A stretch of DNA of 64,000 nt from Octopus vulgaris (taxonomy: Eukaryota). The position numbers were made by a program, and so were the translations under genes. The DNA lies in the NCBI GenBank assembly GCA_951406725.2, contig OX597817.1:76446001-76510000 (forward strand), read 5' to 3'. How positions within the stretch are numbered: position 1 is the stretch's first letter; every line of letters starts with the position of its first letter. This document shows, one piece after another, positions 25,457 to 39,568 of this stretch. The notes under the pieces are model-generated. The model was not told where the DNA came from, ran no database searches, and worked only from the letters and a program-made list of their open reading frames with translations.

Positions 25457-25845
25457 TCCATTAGTTGCTACAAGAACGATTAAGGGGACAATACAGCGAC
25501 AGACAAAGTCTTGGGGTTTAAATATAATGATGAAAAAAATAAGTATACACGGTATACACTGAAAACGGAGGGACATATGCATAACATAAAAAAGTAAATA
25601 AAAAGAAAAAATGGCGGGGAGGATGATAGAGCTGTGGCCCTCGTGTTATAGGAAGGCATCCATGGATATTCGAGGAACCCCACTGTCTGAGATTTTTCCT
25701 GAAACCTCAGGAACAAGTGTCCTCTCCAATTTCTTGTCTCCGACTCACAGATCTACGATTAGAGATGTACCATCCACTCTTGCTATTTTCGCAACTTTCA
25801 CTCACCTTTCAATATACAAACTCGAGGGCAGCACTTACCTCTCCA
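25457..25845 (-). mobile_element. Possible L1/Tx1-like LINE 3' fragment in the opposite orientation
   Basis: Minus strand VER*VLPSSLYIER*VKVAKIARVDGTSL followed by a T-rich UTR. Clade assignment is tentative. Confidence 0.35.
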
Positions 25846-25974
25846 CTCTTACGCATATTGCGCAAAGTACTGTCTGTTTGAGGTCCTTGTTGCGACTTTA
25901 CAGACAGTACAAATCCCCGGTAGATACAATATCTTCAATCAATATCACAATATTGGATAGTCTGCGACGTATTA

Positions 25975-25975
<1 letters not shown>
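25846..25975 (+). mobile_element. 3' tip of the same family as 23660-24911
   Basis: catattgcgcaaagta..tgaggtc..ccccggtagatacaatatcttcaatcaa..ctgcgacgt matches 24799-24910. Confidence 0.85.
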
Positions 25976-26005
<30 letters not shown>

Positions 26006-26188
26006 TTAATGATGATGATGATGATGAGGAGGAGGAGGAGGAGGAGAAGGAGCTGGACGACGACGACGGCGACGACGATGATGATGATGATGATGATGAT
26101 GATAATAATAATAATAACAACAACAACAACAATAATAATAACAATGACAATAACAACAACAACAATAATAATAATAATAATAATTATA

Positions 26189-26679
26189 AATGCCCTGGTG
26201 CAGTACCAGGCAGAGGTACTCATGGCTTCTGATCTTAACTGATTGGAAATGTTATCATGTACATTGTTTTTTCTTGGTATAAAAGATGGGCTCATGACCC
26301 TTAGTGGCTGACGATATGTGCACCTCTGATCACGAGCAGAAGTAGTGGGGGAGTATCATAACCAAGTGTTGAGAGGAAGTCTTTGGGATTTGAATAATTC
26401 ACCTCTTGAAACATGGGTGTTTTCTTCAACATCCTTAAACAACCCTTATTCAGTGACCTTTTGAGCAGGATGGGTTACTCCACCTGAAGAGAATTCTAAC
26501 TGGGCTCCACCTGCAAGGTCATGCGCTGTTATCTTGATATGAACTTACCATATCGCGCACATATGGTTGTGATGCATGTGCTGGTGTATCCTTATCAGAT
26601 GGGCAGTCATGATGGGTATACTGGGCTTCGAATATTTTACCCGAATGCCACTTTGATGGCATGCACTGCTCTCTCACTC
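26189..26679. mobile_element. Unclassified ~550-bp (AAT)n-embedded repeat, copy 1 (~70-bp internal deletion)
   Basis: Collinear with 26763-27318; both end ...gcactgctctctcactc(AAT)n. Confidence 0.8.
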
Positions 26680-26762
26680 AATAATAATAACAATAATAAT
26701 AATAATAATAATTGATGCAGTACCAATGCCCTGATGCAGTACCAATGGCCTGATGCAGTATA

Positions 26763-27318
26763 AATGCCCTGATGCAGTACCAGGCAGTGGCTCTCATGTC
26801 TTCAGATCTTAACTGATTGGAAGTGTTATCATGTACATTGTTTGTCTTGGTATAAAAGATGGGCTACAGCAAATATTCTGCTCAATACCACAGATTTGCT
26901 TGTCAGTTGTTTGACCTTAACCAGTTGAGCATGTCCCTTAGTGACTGACGATATGTGCATCCCTGATGACGAGCAGAAGTAGTGGGGGAGCATCATAACC
27001 ATGTGTTAAGAGGGATTGTTTGGGGTTTGAATAATTCACCTCTGGAAATATGGGTGTTTCGTTCAACATCCTTAAACAACCCTAATTCAGGGACCTTTTG
27101 AGCGGGATGGGTTACTCGACCAGCAGAAAATTCTAACTGGGTACCACCTGCAAGGTCATGTGCTGTTTATCTTGATATTAGATCACCATGTCGCGCACAT
27201 ATGGGTGTGATGTATGTGCCTGGTGTATCCTTATCAGACGGGTAGTCATAGTGGGTATACTGGGCTTCGTATATTTTACCCCAGTGTCACTTTGATGGCA
27301 TGCACTGCTCTCTCACTC
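26763..27318. mobile_element. Unclassified ~550-bp (AAT)n-embedded repeat, copy 2
   Basis: Tandem homolog of 26189-26679; preceded by a 19-bp stutter of its own left end. Confidence 0.8.
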
Positions 27319-27507
<189 letters not shown>

Positions 27508-27562
27508 CCTTTCTATTATAGACACAAGGTCTGATTTTTGGGCGTGGTCGACGGCGGCAAGT

Positions 27563-27617
<55 letters not shown>

Positions 27618-27690
27618 TAACAATAATAATAATAATAACAATAATAATAATAGCAATAATAATAATAATAATAATAATAACAACAACAAC

Positions 27691-27752
<62 letters not shown>

Positions 27753-28222
27753 TAATAATAATAATAATAATAATAATGATGATGATGATGATGATGATGA
27801 TGATAATAACAATAATCATCAACAGTAATAACAGCGACGACCAAACTTATGAAAAACCGAATGATTGAAGCAGCAAACACCTTACAAGTGGAAAATGAAA
27901 ACAACGAAAGAAAAGCGAAGAACAAAATCGTAAACCAACAGTAAACAACTAGTAAATATCAGATGGTGCGTGGCGAAGGCGAGAAATGAAAATAGTCCAA
28001 AGTGCAAAAAGTCAACAATGCGCAACTCTATCTATTAACGTTGGAATGCAGCAACCAATTTAGTGTTATCAGCAATTCAGAAGGTACGTAAAAACTGTAT
28101 GGATTTTTGTGTTTCGTTATTGATCTAAAATAAACGGAAAGGCCTGCTATCGATACATACGTGTGTGTCTGTGCATACATACTTACATACATACATTCAT
28201 ACATACATACATACATACATAC

Positions 28223-28312
<90 letters not shown>

Positions 28313-28424
28313 CTATACATATATACGTACGTACATTCACATAAACAGAAATATACATATATGTTTGTGTGTGTATATATATATATATATAAATACACAC
28401 ACACACACGTGCACACACATACAT

Positions 28425-28483
<59 letters not shown>

Positions 28484-28562
28484 TGTATATACAGGCATAC
28501 ATATATACATACAAATTTGCATGTACACACAAACATGTATATCTCTGTATATGTGAATGTAC

Positions 28563-28603
<41 letters not shown>

Positions 28604-30229
28604 AGTATATATGTATGTGTGTGTATGTATGTACGTACGTATGTATTTATGTACGTATGTGTGTGTGTGTGCTTGTATGTATAATTTTTTGTTGTTTATG
28701 ACTGCGGAATATCTCCTCCAGTCAGCTATCTTTCATAATAACTTAATATATATGACCTTGCTGAGAGAGTGAATGGGTGAGAGACAGACAGAAAGAAAGA
28801 GAGTGAGAGATGGAAAGGGATGGAGGCAGGGAGAGCGAGAGCGAATGAGAAAAGTGATAGATGGATAAATAGACAAATAGTTAGAAAGAGAGAGAAAGAG
28901 AGAGAGACAGACAAAGAGAAAAAGAGAGAAGGCGAGAGAGGAATAATGATTAATTTTAAGAGAAATTATAAAGGAAATTTCCGAATAAGATTGGCTTTTG
29001 TGGGTTTTTTTAGGAACCTCTGTAGTAAAATTATAATGGTATAAAAATAAAATTAGGTCATATTTTTGTAGACTTTCCTGGATTAGATTCCGGGTTACTC
29101 ATTGTCTCATTATCTTTAAAATAATTTCTATTGAGTTGCTTGGTATATTATTAAAAGTTCAGTTAAGGCAGTGAGCTGGCGGAATCGTAACTGCACTGGA
29201 TAAAATGTTTAGCAGTTTTTATTTCGGATTCTTTACGTCCTCAGCTCATATGCCACCGAAATCGACTTTGCTTTTCATCAGTTCGGGATCAATAAAAGAA
29301 GTATCATTTAAACACTAGGGTTGATTTATTCGATTGAATCCTTCCTGAAAATTGCAGGCCATATACTAAATAAAATAAGGAAGAATTACGTATTAAATGC
29401 TCAGTTAGCTCAGATGGTGAATACGGGACCAAGCTCCCTCTATCGTTGCTCTACTATTTTAAAACTAAACCGACTGGATAAATCACGTTCAAACCTTCAA
29501 ATGCAAAAAACATTAAACGCGAATTCTTCAGATACTGCTACTATTGCTCATAGAGGTCAATTGCACTTTCCTAAAACATCTACACGTATCTATTGTAAGA
29601 CACTAAATAAATTTATGTATGTAGTATCACAGTTATATTCCTGTATAATGTATGATTGTGTCACCGGCGTATAAGCGTACTTGTGATAGGAACAATCGAA
29701 TGATACCTCAACTGCTTGTTTTAATGGCTCACTGAAATAAAGCGATAGTACTCGCGACGTTTTTCAGGGTTCGATACAGGTGGCAGGTTAAGGAAGTCTT
29801 TCCGAAATCCTGCAGCAGACTGACCTTCGATAAAAGTCCCTGGGCTAGGGATTAGGTTTGTTATCCAAATAGATTAGGTGGTATTTGAACTTTATTTATT
29901 ATATTTGCGCCCTTTTAAAGCCTAGCCAAGATCATGGGCCGGGTTTCCCGGTTTCTATGGCGTATGTGGTCCCCAGCTGGACGGAAGCCAGTCCATCGCA
30001 GCGTTACTCATTATTGACAGCTGAGTGGACTGGATCAACAGGAAATTAATTATTTTGCTCAAGAAAACAACGCATCACCCGATCCAGGAATCGAAACGAC
30101 AATCTTACGATCATGATGCTGACACCCTAACGACTAAGCCACGCGCCTCCACTGGTATTTGAACTTAGGACGCAATAAATTTTGTCCTGTAACGATTGTC
30201 AGTTCAATCCTATTGACTTTTAAATTCAT

Positions 30230-30600
30230 CTTTTATCTTTAACCTGTTTCGGTCATTAGACTGCGACCATGCCTTGTAGAATTTTTAGTCGAATGCATCA
30301 AACCTAGTATTTATTTTTTTAAAAGCGCGGCACTTACTCTATCAGTCTCTTTACACACCAGCACCAGTTGTCAAGCGGTGTTAGTGGGACAAACACAAAC
30401 ACAAAGACGCGCGCTCACACACACAAACATACATATATACGATGGGCTTTTTGTTTCCGTCTACCAAATCCATTCACAAGGCTTTGGTCGGCTCGAGGCT
30501 ATAGTAGAAGGCACTTGAGCAAGGTGCGACGCAGTGGGACTGAACCCGAAACCATGTGGCGGGTAAGCAAATTACGTACCACGCAGCCACTCCTACGCCT
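30230..30600 (-). mobile_element. tRNA-derived SINE (family of 57821-58216)
   Basis: Reverse complement of the ggcgtaggagtggctgcgtggt..gggttcagtcccactgcg head and ..gcatggtcgcagtctaatgacc tail. Confidence 0.85.
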
Positions 30601-32339
30601 ATCAGACTTCACAATTTCTACTTAACTATACTCTTTAAATTTTTTTTTTCTTTTATCGAACTAAACTGATAACTTATATATTTTAGTAGTGGCCGACCAC
30701 ACAGAATGCGACTATCTACCAGTTTTAGCTTTTTACTTGTTTCAGTCATTGAACTGCGGCCATGCTGGGACACCGCCTCGTAGAACTTTAGTCGAACGAA
30801 TTTCCCCCAGCACTTATTTAAAAAAAAATTCTATCGGTTATTTGGCTGAAGCGCTAGATAAGAGGATGTAAACAAACAAACACCGATTATCAGTGTTGGC
30901 GTTGGTGGTGAACAAAAACAAGCACAAGCACAAACATACACATACCTAGACATATATATATATATATTTATATATAAATATATACAAGCACACACATGTA
31001 TGTATATATGTATGCATGTATGTATGTATGTATGGATGGATGATTGGATGGATGGATGGATGGATAGATGAATGGGTGAGCGGATAGATGAATGGATATC
31101 TGTATAATCGTATGAATGTATGGCTGGATGGATGTACGGATGTATGTATGTATGCATGTATGTATGTATGGGTGGATGGATACATGCATGCATGTAAACG
31201 ACAGGCTTCTTTCAGCTTTAGTCTACCAAATCCATTCAGAAGGACTTGTTTGGCCCGGGACTATACGAGAACATACTTGTCCATGGTGTCACACCGCGGG
31301 ATTTTGCCGAGAATCATACGGCTGACAAGCAAACTGCGATTGCATAGCTTGTTCCAATTATTTTTTGTAGTCTATTATTTACTGTCACTAATGATGCTTG
31401 AAAATACATGAATATCATAAAATCATAATTTTTGTGTCATTCTATGTATCTTTGCCACCAGTATTGCTATGTCTCGTTGTCTGTGCACACATGCAACAGG
31501 CGGCATATTTGAGGGAGTCGTGAGCGAGTGGTACAAACCACATCACAGTGTTTGTTCCTGCCCGCTGTGTTCAAATCCTATGAAAGTCACCTTACCCTTT
31601 TTCTTTTCAGGACCGATAAAATACAATACCGGTGGAATAGTAGAGTTGCCAAAGTATCGGATAGGCGCTTTGTGGATTTGTTCCAGCTCTTTGTGTTCTA
31701 ATTTCTTTGACCACCCGTTTTAACACTACCTCATTTTCATTGTATCTTTACCAGAGCTCACATTTTTGCAAGCAATCTTGACAGGGCACTATTTTAGGGA
31801 TAACACCATCATTTTCTCCCCGACCAATATTCGTGTTCCATACGTATAAAGGAGCCTGCCTGAGTTACTGTTTATATTTCCTTAACTGAATTGTCACTTA
31901 GAGATACCAGGTTGGTATCACAAGTTGGCTGAATTTACTGCTGTATTTCAGCAAGATAATTGTAAATTTAGTGTGGTGTTAGATTACGCATCATCCTTCG
32001 GCGTGGTTGAACAACCAGCCCCAAACATTTGGGATTCACAATACGAGTTATGCTGTTTATACTTTCGGTCGCTGAATACAAAACGTCGCTCGCATACTTC
32101 CTTTCGGGTGGTTTTCCTGAGTCATTATATTACCCTTGTATGCCAAACTGTTGCAAGGTTACTCGTTTACTGCTGAATGCACTGGAGCAACGGGAGATGA
32201 AGTGCTCTGCTCAAGAATACAACACACAGCCGGTCTGAGAATCGAAAACCCAATCTCGCGATCGTGAATACAACGCCCTAACCACTAGGCCACACGCGTT
32301 CACTACACAAGATTACACGGTGACGTGGTCTCTTTCGTT

Positions 32340-32835
32340 CAGCATAATTAGGACAAGGACAAGTCCGGTTAAGTGCTTTTACCTTAGATATCATATATCT
32401 TGAATGTCGGGTAATGACCGAAAGAGTAAGATATCGAATAAAAGCAGCCGAAACGTGGCGCACCGAAGGATCTCTGGAGTGACGTTACTCGGCAAGTTAC
32501 GTACCTGGAAGATCAGATCAGGGAATCTCTTCAGTTCGAGCCGCTACTTCGCCGCATTGAGAGGTCATAGGTTCGGTACTACGAACATGTGATTAGAATA
32601 TCAAAGGAAAGAATAGCAAGACGGATTCTTCAAACCAAGCCAACCGGCAAGAGACCTAGGAATAGACCAAAAACAAGATGGCTGGATAATATCCATAGTT
32701 TCAGTCAGCCATTCTTGTGAATTCATCCGGGTAGTGTAGTGACAGTTGAATATGATGGGACCCTAAGGAGGAGTTGCCTTAAGACTCTACCTACTACGAC
32801 TCACTTACGAAGAGAAGACATAGATGTATGGATTG
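32340..32835 (+). mobile_element. RTE-clade LINE 3' fragment
   Basis: VMTERVRYRIKAAE..RRISGVTLL..YYEHVIRISKERIARRILQTKPTGKRPRNRPKTRWLDNI; short UTR with a simple-repeat tail. Confidence 0.85.
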
Positions 32836-33856
32836 ATATTACATCAAGACGGACCGTTACTACTCTCTCGATCGACAGATAGGGTATGGGATTTATTAAC
32901 ACTATTTCTTCTATAACGCTTATAGAGTGTACGGAGCAACTTGAAATGAAGTGTTCTGCTCAAGAACACAACGCACAGCCGGTCTGGGAATCGTTGATGC
33001 ATTTCATTTCTTGGGCAGATTTACACAGCATAAATGTTTATTCCGTAAGGTTTATATTTAGTCTTATTTTACCTTACAGTGTCAATCATTTTAATAATGG
33101 CATATCCTATCTGTAATTTACAATGCTTTATTCTATGTTATGCTTTTTAAGTTACCAATTTTAATTAAACATTTATTTGATCATTTCATGATTTTTCTTA
33201 AGGGCAAAAAAAAAGTAGATTTTTATCTATTCCACTCCGAACATATAATTCAATCATGCTTGAATCTTCGAAATTCCACATGGTATTATACACAATTATC
33301 GTTCATATTAAGGGAAAGAGAGCAAACGTGTTTAAAACACGTTGTTAATGCTAATGTTATTGAACGAAAGGAGAGCTTCATATAAGAGTCAGTAGGTTCC
33401 AGCACACAAAATAGATGTGTCTTCGTTATTTAACCAATTCTCACTAAATTGTACATCTCCCGCAGCTGTTTCTTACTTTCCTGTAGCGAGAATGTGTCAG
33501 ACAGTATCCGGTGATCTCTCAGAATAGAAAAACCGACCGGAATATATCTGGACTTCATCCTGTATAAGTGTCGGGAGAAGATATGAGCTGGACCGGTATC
33601 AATTCAAAGCAGACTTTCCTTCTGATAGTGGTGTTGTTGTTGTTTTTGTTGTGGTTGTTGTTGTTGTTGGTGGTGGTGGGGCAAGTAGTGGAGTCGGTGG
33701 TGCTCGTGGTAGTATTTTAGTGGTTGTAGTGGCAGTGAAGAGGTTGAGAAAGTCTTTACTCTCCGGACGTAGTGGTTGGTAGTCGTCTTTTGATGCAATC
33801 TCTAATCAGAAAAGTCTTAAACGGATGCTCATCTACTATATATAATATATATATAC

Positions 33857-33951
<95 letters not shown>

Positions 33952-33984
33952 AATATATATATACGTATGTATGTATATATATAT

Positions 33985-34019
<35 letters not shown>

Positions 34020-34625
34020 CACATATATACATAGATATACTTACAGATCTATCTATACATCTATACACGCACATACACAATATAAATGCAAGAATACACT
34101 CACACCCACACACACACACACATACACACAAAAGACAGATACTGACAAACATATATTCAAGTGTATATCCGTATGTATGAGAACATCGAATATATTTGTG
34201 TGCGTGTATGTATATATATATATATATATATATAATATATGTGTGTGTGTGTGCGTGCGTGCACGTGTGTAGTTATGCATATATATATACATGTATATAT
34301 ACATATATATGTATGCATGTATATACATATATATACTTATGCACACACATACATACACACACATATATATATATATATATGCGTATGTCTGAGTCTGTAA
34401 CAGCTACACAAACATATATGTAAAAAACAACATACCAATACACGTTTAGACACTCACACGCATACATAAGTACATACATTTGTATATGTATTTGTATATA
34501 CATGCACGCACATATTTTACACACACACACACACATATATATTATATATTCTTGCATCCATGCATATATGTGTGTGTCTTAAGCGTATACTTATGCAGTC
34601 AATATTTACGTACATCATACAAACT

Positions 34626-34661
<36 letters not shown>

Positions 34662-35534
34662 CTTTTATGCACGTATGTATGTATGTATGTATGTATGTAT
34701 GTACGTATATTTGTAAACGTTGTGGAGAAGTAACTCACTTTGAGATGAGGGTAAACAGCGAATCTTAGATGGGGAAACAAATCAAAGGTTGCAAGAGAAA
34801 TCAGCAAAAGAAAATAGACAGGATTTTGAAACAAGCTGTTAATGGAGCATAGAATAGAACAAATGAACCTGAACGATATTTTACACTTGGCATCAAATTC
34901 TGTTGATCTTTTCTCTTTTATCTTATAGAATCAATTCCTGAAATCGTTGGCCAAATATGCTAATTTCATGGAGAAAATATTATAAATAATTAAATAAATA
35001 AATATTAGTTTCTATAATTAAATAAATATATGTATACAGACACACACATACATACAATCACATACACACTCATACATGCATATATGTATATGGGTGTATA
35101 AATAATATCTATATATATATATATATATATATATAAATATACAATTTATATTTATATAAAGTTCGATTATATATACACACATGCGTAAATAAATAAATAT
35201 AAACGTTATATATAATCCTTCATTCGTTTATTCTTTTATTTGTTTCAGTCATTTGACTGCGGCAATGCTAGAGCACCGCCTTTAGTCGAGCAAATCGACC
35301 CCATGACTTATTCTTTGTAAGCCTAGTATTTATTCGGGCTCTTTTGCCGAACACCTACGTTACGGGGACGTAAACACACCAGCATCTGTTGTCAAGCAAT
35401 GTTGGACGGACAAACACAGACTCACAAACGTATGCATCCAAACAAATATATATATATATATCTATATATATAAATGTATATGTATATATGTATATATATA
35501 TATATACATACATATATATATATGTATAAATATT

Positions 35535-35598
<64 letters not shown>

Positions 35599-35603
35599 CA
35601 TAT

Positions 35604-35634
<31 letters not shown>

Positions 35635-36636
35635 TCTTTCCGTAGCGGGACGCCTTTATACGCCCCGTGAATGATCTTGATGACTACCTGTACTAACACA
35701 TGTTATCTACAACAATATTTTGTTTAATAGTTACACGTTTCTGATTATTTTGCAGCAAGTGTAGATTACGTGTTTTGTAATTTCGCATTGCGTAACCAAT
35801 CGCTTTATGTTAATGAAACGTACGTATGATGATTTAATTATTCATCTTATAATCAACGTCTCAAATGTTGCCTTCGTACACACATAAATACCCCACAAAC
35901 ACACACACATGCACACACATACACATACATACATATGAACAATGAATTCCACCCGGATAAAATCATCCACTTTTATTTAAGGAAACGAGAACAAACAACA
36001 TTCCTCAGAAACAGTTAAAACAATGAAAGAAATATGCACAATTCTTACAATTTAAAATGACAAACTACGTCACATAGTGTACTTTATTTTTTTTTTTAAA
36101 TACACATTATTGTGTTAGGTGTTAAGCTACCTCTCACAAAATAATAACTTACCAAAGCTATTTAACATTCGCTTGGCCACCGAATTTAAACTTTTTTGTA
36201 GAAAGTGCTCTCTGCTACTCATATGAATCTTGACCTGTCTTAAAAAAATGCCGATGCCAATATACTACGGAACTTTGGCATAAAATCAGACCAGGAGATG
36301 GCACATAATAAGTTTGGCATGATAGTCTATGACAAAAATGACAATAGTTTCCTATTAATCGATATAGAAATATGAAATGATGCTACTGTTTTGCAGAAGC
36401 GAGAAGTTAAGATAAAGTGGAACAATATCATAAAGAGTTACGAAGCAGAAAGACACATAATTTCCGTTCTTGAAAATGTTTATTGTGCAATATTATTTCT
36501 GCAGTCTGTCTCAACGAATCTGGATGAGTTGCTTCATTTAGCAGGAATCAACTCAATAGTTTTCGGAAACCTGATATGATGACCTAACTGACTTCTGGCG
36601 ACATGTTATTTATTGTTATTATTTAGCACCCACGAA

Positions 36637-37440
36637 AGGCGGCGAGCTGGCAGATTCGTTAGTACGCCGAGCAAAATGCTTAGCGGCATTTCCTCTGTCC
36701 TTAGTGGTATTTCGTCTGTTCTGAGATCAAATTCCGCCGAGGTGGCGGTTGAATTTGGATGCCTTTCATCCTTTTGGGGTCGATAAATTAAGTACCAATT
36801 TTATACTTCGGTCGATGTAATGGACTTACACCCATCCCCGAACTTTCGGCCTTATGCCAACATTTGAAATCGTTATTTAGCCCCAAGAAAGGCAGTGAGC
36901 TGGCAGAATCGTTTGCACGGCGAGAAAAATGCTTAACGGTATTTCGTCTGTCTTTACTTTCTGAGTTCAAATTCCGCTGCGGTCGACTCATCCTTTCGGA
37001 GTCGATAAGAATAAGTACCAGCTTTGTACTGGGGTCGATGTAATCAGCTTATATCCTCTCCCGAACTTGCTGGCCTTGTGCCAAACTTTTAAACCATTAT
37101 TTGGCCCCACGAAGTGACAAGTTGGTAGAAGGCGTTGGACAAAAATTTTAGCGGCATTTCTCCCAGGTCTTTTACGTTCTGAGTTTAAATTCGGCGCGAT
37201 CAGGTTTGCCTTTCATCATTTCTGGGGTGATAAAATAAAGTACCAATTAAATACTGGGATCGATATAACTGACTTGCCTTCTCATAATTACTGGCATTGT
37301 GATGAAATTTGAAACAAAATGTATCGAGCTGACAGAATCGGCAGAATGTCGGACAAAAATCTAAGCTTTTATTCTAGCTCTTTACGTTCTGGGTTCAAAT
37401 CTTACCGTGGTTTACTTTATCTTTAATCATTTCAGGGTCG
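36637..37440 (+). mobile_element. Head-to-tail cluster of four tRNA-derived SINEs (ggcggcgagctggcagaa family)
   Basis: Starts near 36637, 36890, 37110 and 37325, each with a gagttcaaattcc-type B box and the gcctttcatcctttcggggtcgataaa..aagtacca domain. Confidence 0.85.
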
Positions 37441-37915
37441 TTATTTTCAGCAGGTTGACATACTGAATATGTCGACCTGCAGGAAATAACAGTCAAAACT
37501 CTTATTTAAACTGCTGATAAATAACACTGACAATAACCACCGAAATCAACCGTCTGCGAGCATACGGGTTTTTCAGCGATTTAAATAAGAGTTTTGACTC
37601 TTATTTCCAGCAGGTAAACATACTTAATATGTACTTTGATTAATATAAATTTTAATCCTTCAGCTATTTAATGCTCTTTTGGGCCTGCAATCGCCTATAT
37701 TATTACTTCTGTTATTATCAATTTTATTATTTTATCCTAGATAATAATAGAGTTAATGTTATCTTATGGATGATAGATTGGTATGTTAATGGATGATAGA
37801 TTGGTATGTTCAATGATTTCGATTGTTTTTGTCAGTGTTATTTTTTGGCGGCTTAAATAAGAGTTTTGACTGTTATTTCCAGCAGATAGACATACTCAGT
37901 ATATTTAATCCTTTG

Positions 37916-37920
<5 letters not shown>
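37440..37920. repeat. Rearranged copies of the 2164-2722 family (one forward and two reverse partial copies)
   Basis: ctgc.ggaaataacagtcaaaactcttatttaa forward at ~37483 and reversed at ~37580-37612 and ~37853-37885. Confidence 0.75.
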
Positions 37921-37980
<60 letters not shown>

Positions 37981-38021
37981 TATTATATATATATATATGT
38001 ATATATCTTTGATTTATATAT

Positions 38022-38072
<51 letters not shown>

Positions 38073-38109
38073 TTATTATGTATATATATGTATATATATA
38101 GATATATAT

Positions 38110-38277
38110 ATACGATAGATCGGTAGCCACTACACATTTTTTCTCTCCTATTTTCTTTCTGTGTTCCTTTCTGTGGAAGAGCGTAGGCTCGAAACATAAA
38201 AGACTTTTACAATTCCTGAGCGTTATACTAATACATCTGTTTGTTTAGTCTTTTAGGTTTTTTTTTTCGTGAATTCA
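38110..38277 (+). mobile_element. Short hammerhead-bearing element between (TA)n tracts
   Basis: Homologous to 61863-62050; contains the hammerhead-like motif at 38167-38202. Confidence 0.75.
38167..38202 (+). ncRNA. Minimal hammerhead-like motif, variant core CUGUGGA
   Basis: cttt-CTGTGGA-a-gagc-gtag-gctc-GAAA-ca-TA-aaag. Confidence 0.6.
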
Positions 38278-38482
38278 TATATATATATGAAATTAGAAAT
38301 ATTGCATTTCTAAATCTCTCAGAGAGACTTATACAGTAGCAGCACGATAAAGTGATGGTTTGTTACTAACTTAATGTAGCAGAACTTAAGGACACAGAAA
38401 ACTTGTGTCGCGTAGCCAACTGGAAACGTCGTTTCTTGGGGCTAAATAGCACTAGCATTGTTCCCTTTTTTGGGACTGCCAC

Positions 38483-38513
<31 letters not shown>

Positions 38514-38748
38514 ATATCTATATATATATATATATACATATATATGTTTGTGTGTGTGTGTATAAACATATCGTGTAAGGCAAAGAACTAAATGATTTCC
38601 AAGTATCACTACTTGGTTTGACTTCATTATTACAACTAATACGAATCGATGCCAGTACAAACTAGCCGCTACTGACGCCACTTATACATACATACATACA
38701 TACATACATACATACATACATACATACATACATACATGCATACATACA

Positions 38749-38823
<75 letters not shown>

Positions 38824-39525
38824 TGTATGTACGTATGTATGTATGTATACCAGAATTTTAAGAATTTCGCGTCTTGGGGTCTTGGGTGTCCCTGCTACTG
38901 TAGGACATTTTTTTTTGAACAAGTGTCTTCTACATTAGCTTCATGAAAGCCCAGGCTGTTTGTGTAAGGCTGTGCAGACAGAAATTATAGAACGGTAGCG
39001 ATTAAAATGTAACTGTAATTCGAATGCTCAACCTTGCTATACACCAAGTCACACTGAGTCTATTTGGGGATTACGATAATGGCACAAGTAAACGAGAAAT
39101 AATCACACTTACACGATTCTTCAATGAATACGCAGTTCTGTCGAACAAACAAATGGAACACCCATATGCAAGATATTAAGGAATTATTTTCTCTAAAGAA
39201 GTAACAATTAAACAAAATGCAGCACCAAAAATGTCCATAATCTTTTAGAATGATCGGCAAACAAAAGGCGACGTCAAATAAATTATACAGAAAAATGTGG
39301 ATAACATAAAATATACTGTAGGCTGTTTATAACATAAAAGATACGGCACTATAAAGCCTAATCATGTTTATCTAGTGTTCTTTAATGGTAATCTGTTTTC
39401 TTCTCTGCCTCGATACTTAGAATACAACACTAGCGCAGATAAATAGATAAGCAGTAGTGGATACAGGTATATATATATATATTTATATATATATTTATGT
39501 ATATATTTATATATATATATGTATA

Positions 39526-39568
<43 letters not shown>

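Noticed and set aside
26763-26830. HDV-like ribozyme at the left end of the AAT-embedded repeat
   Set aside because: Only a short gcc(c)tg/caggc hairpin is visible; the nested double pseudoknot could not be built by eye.
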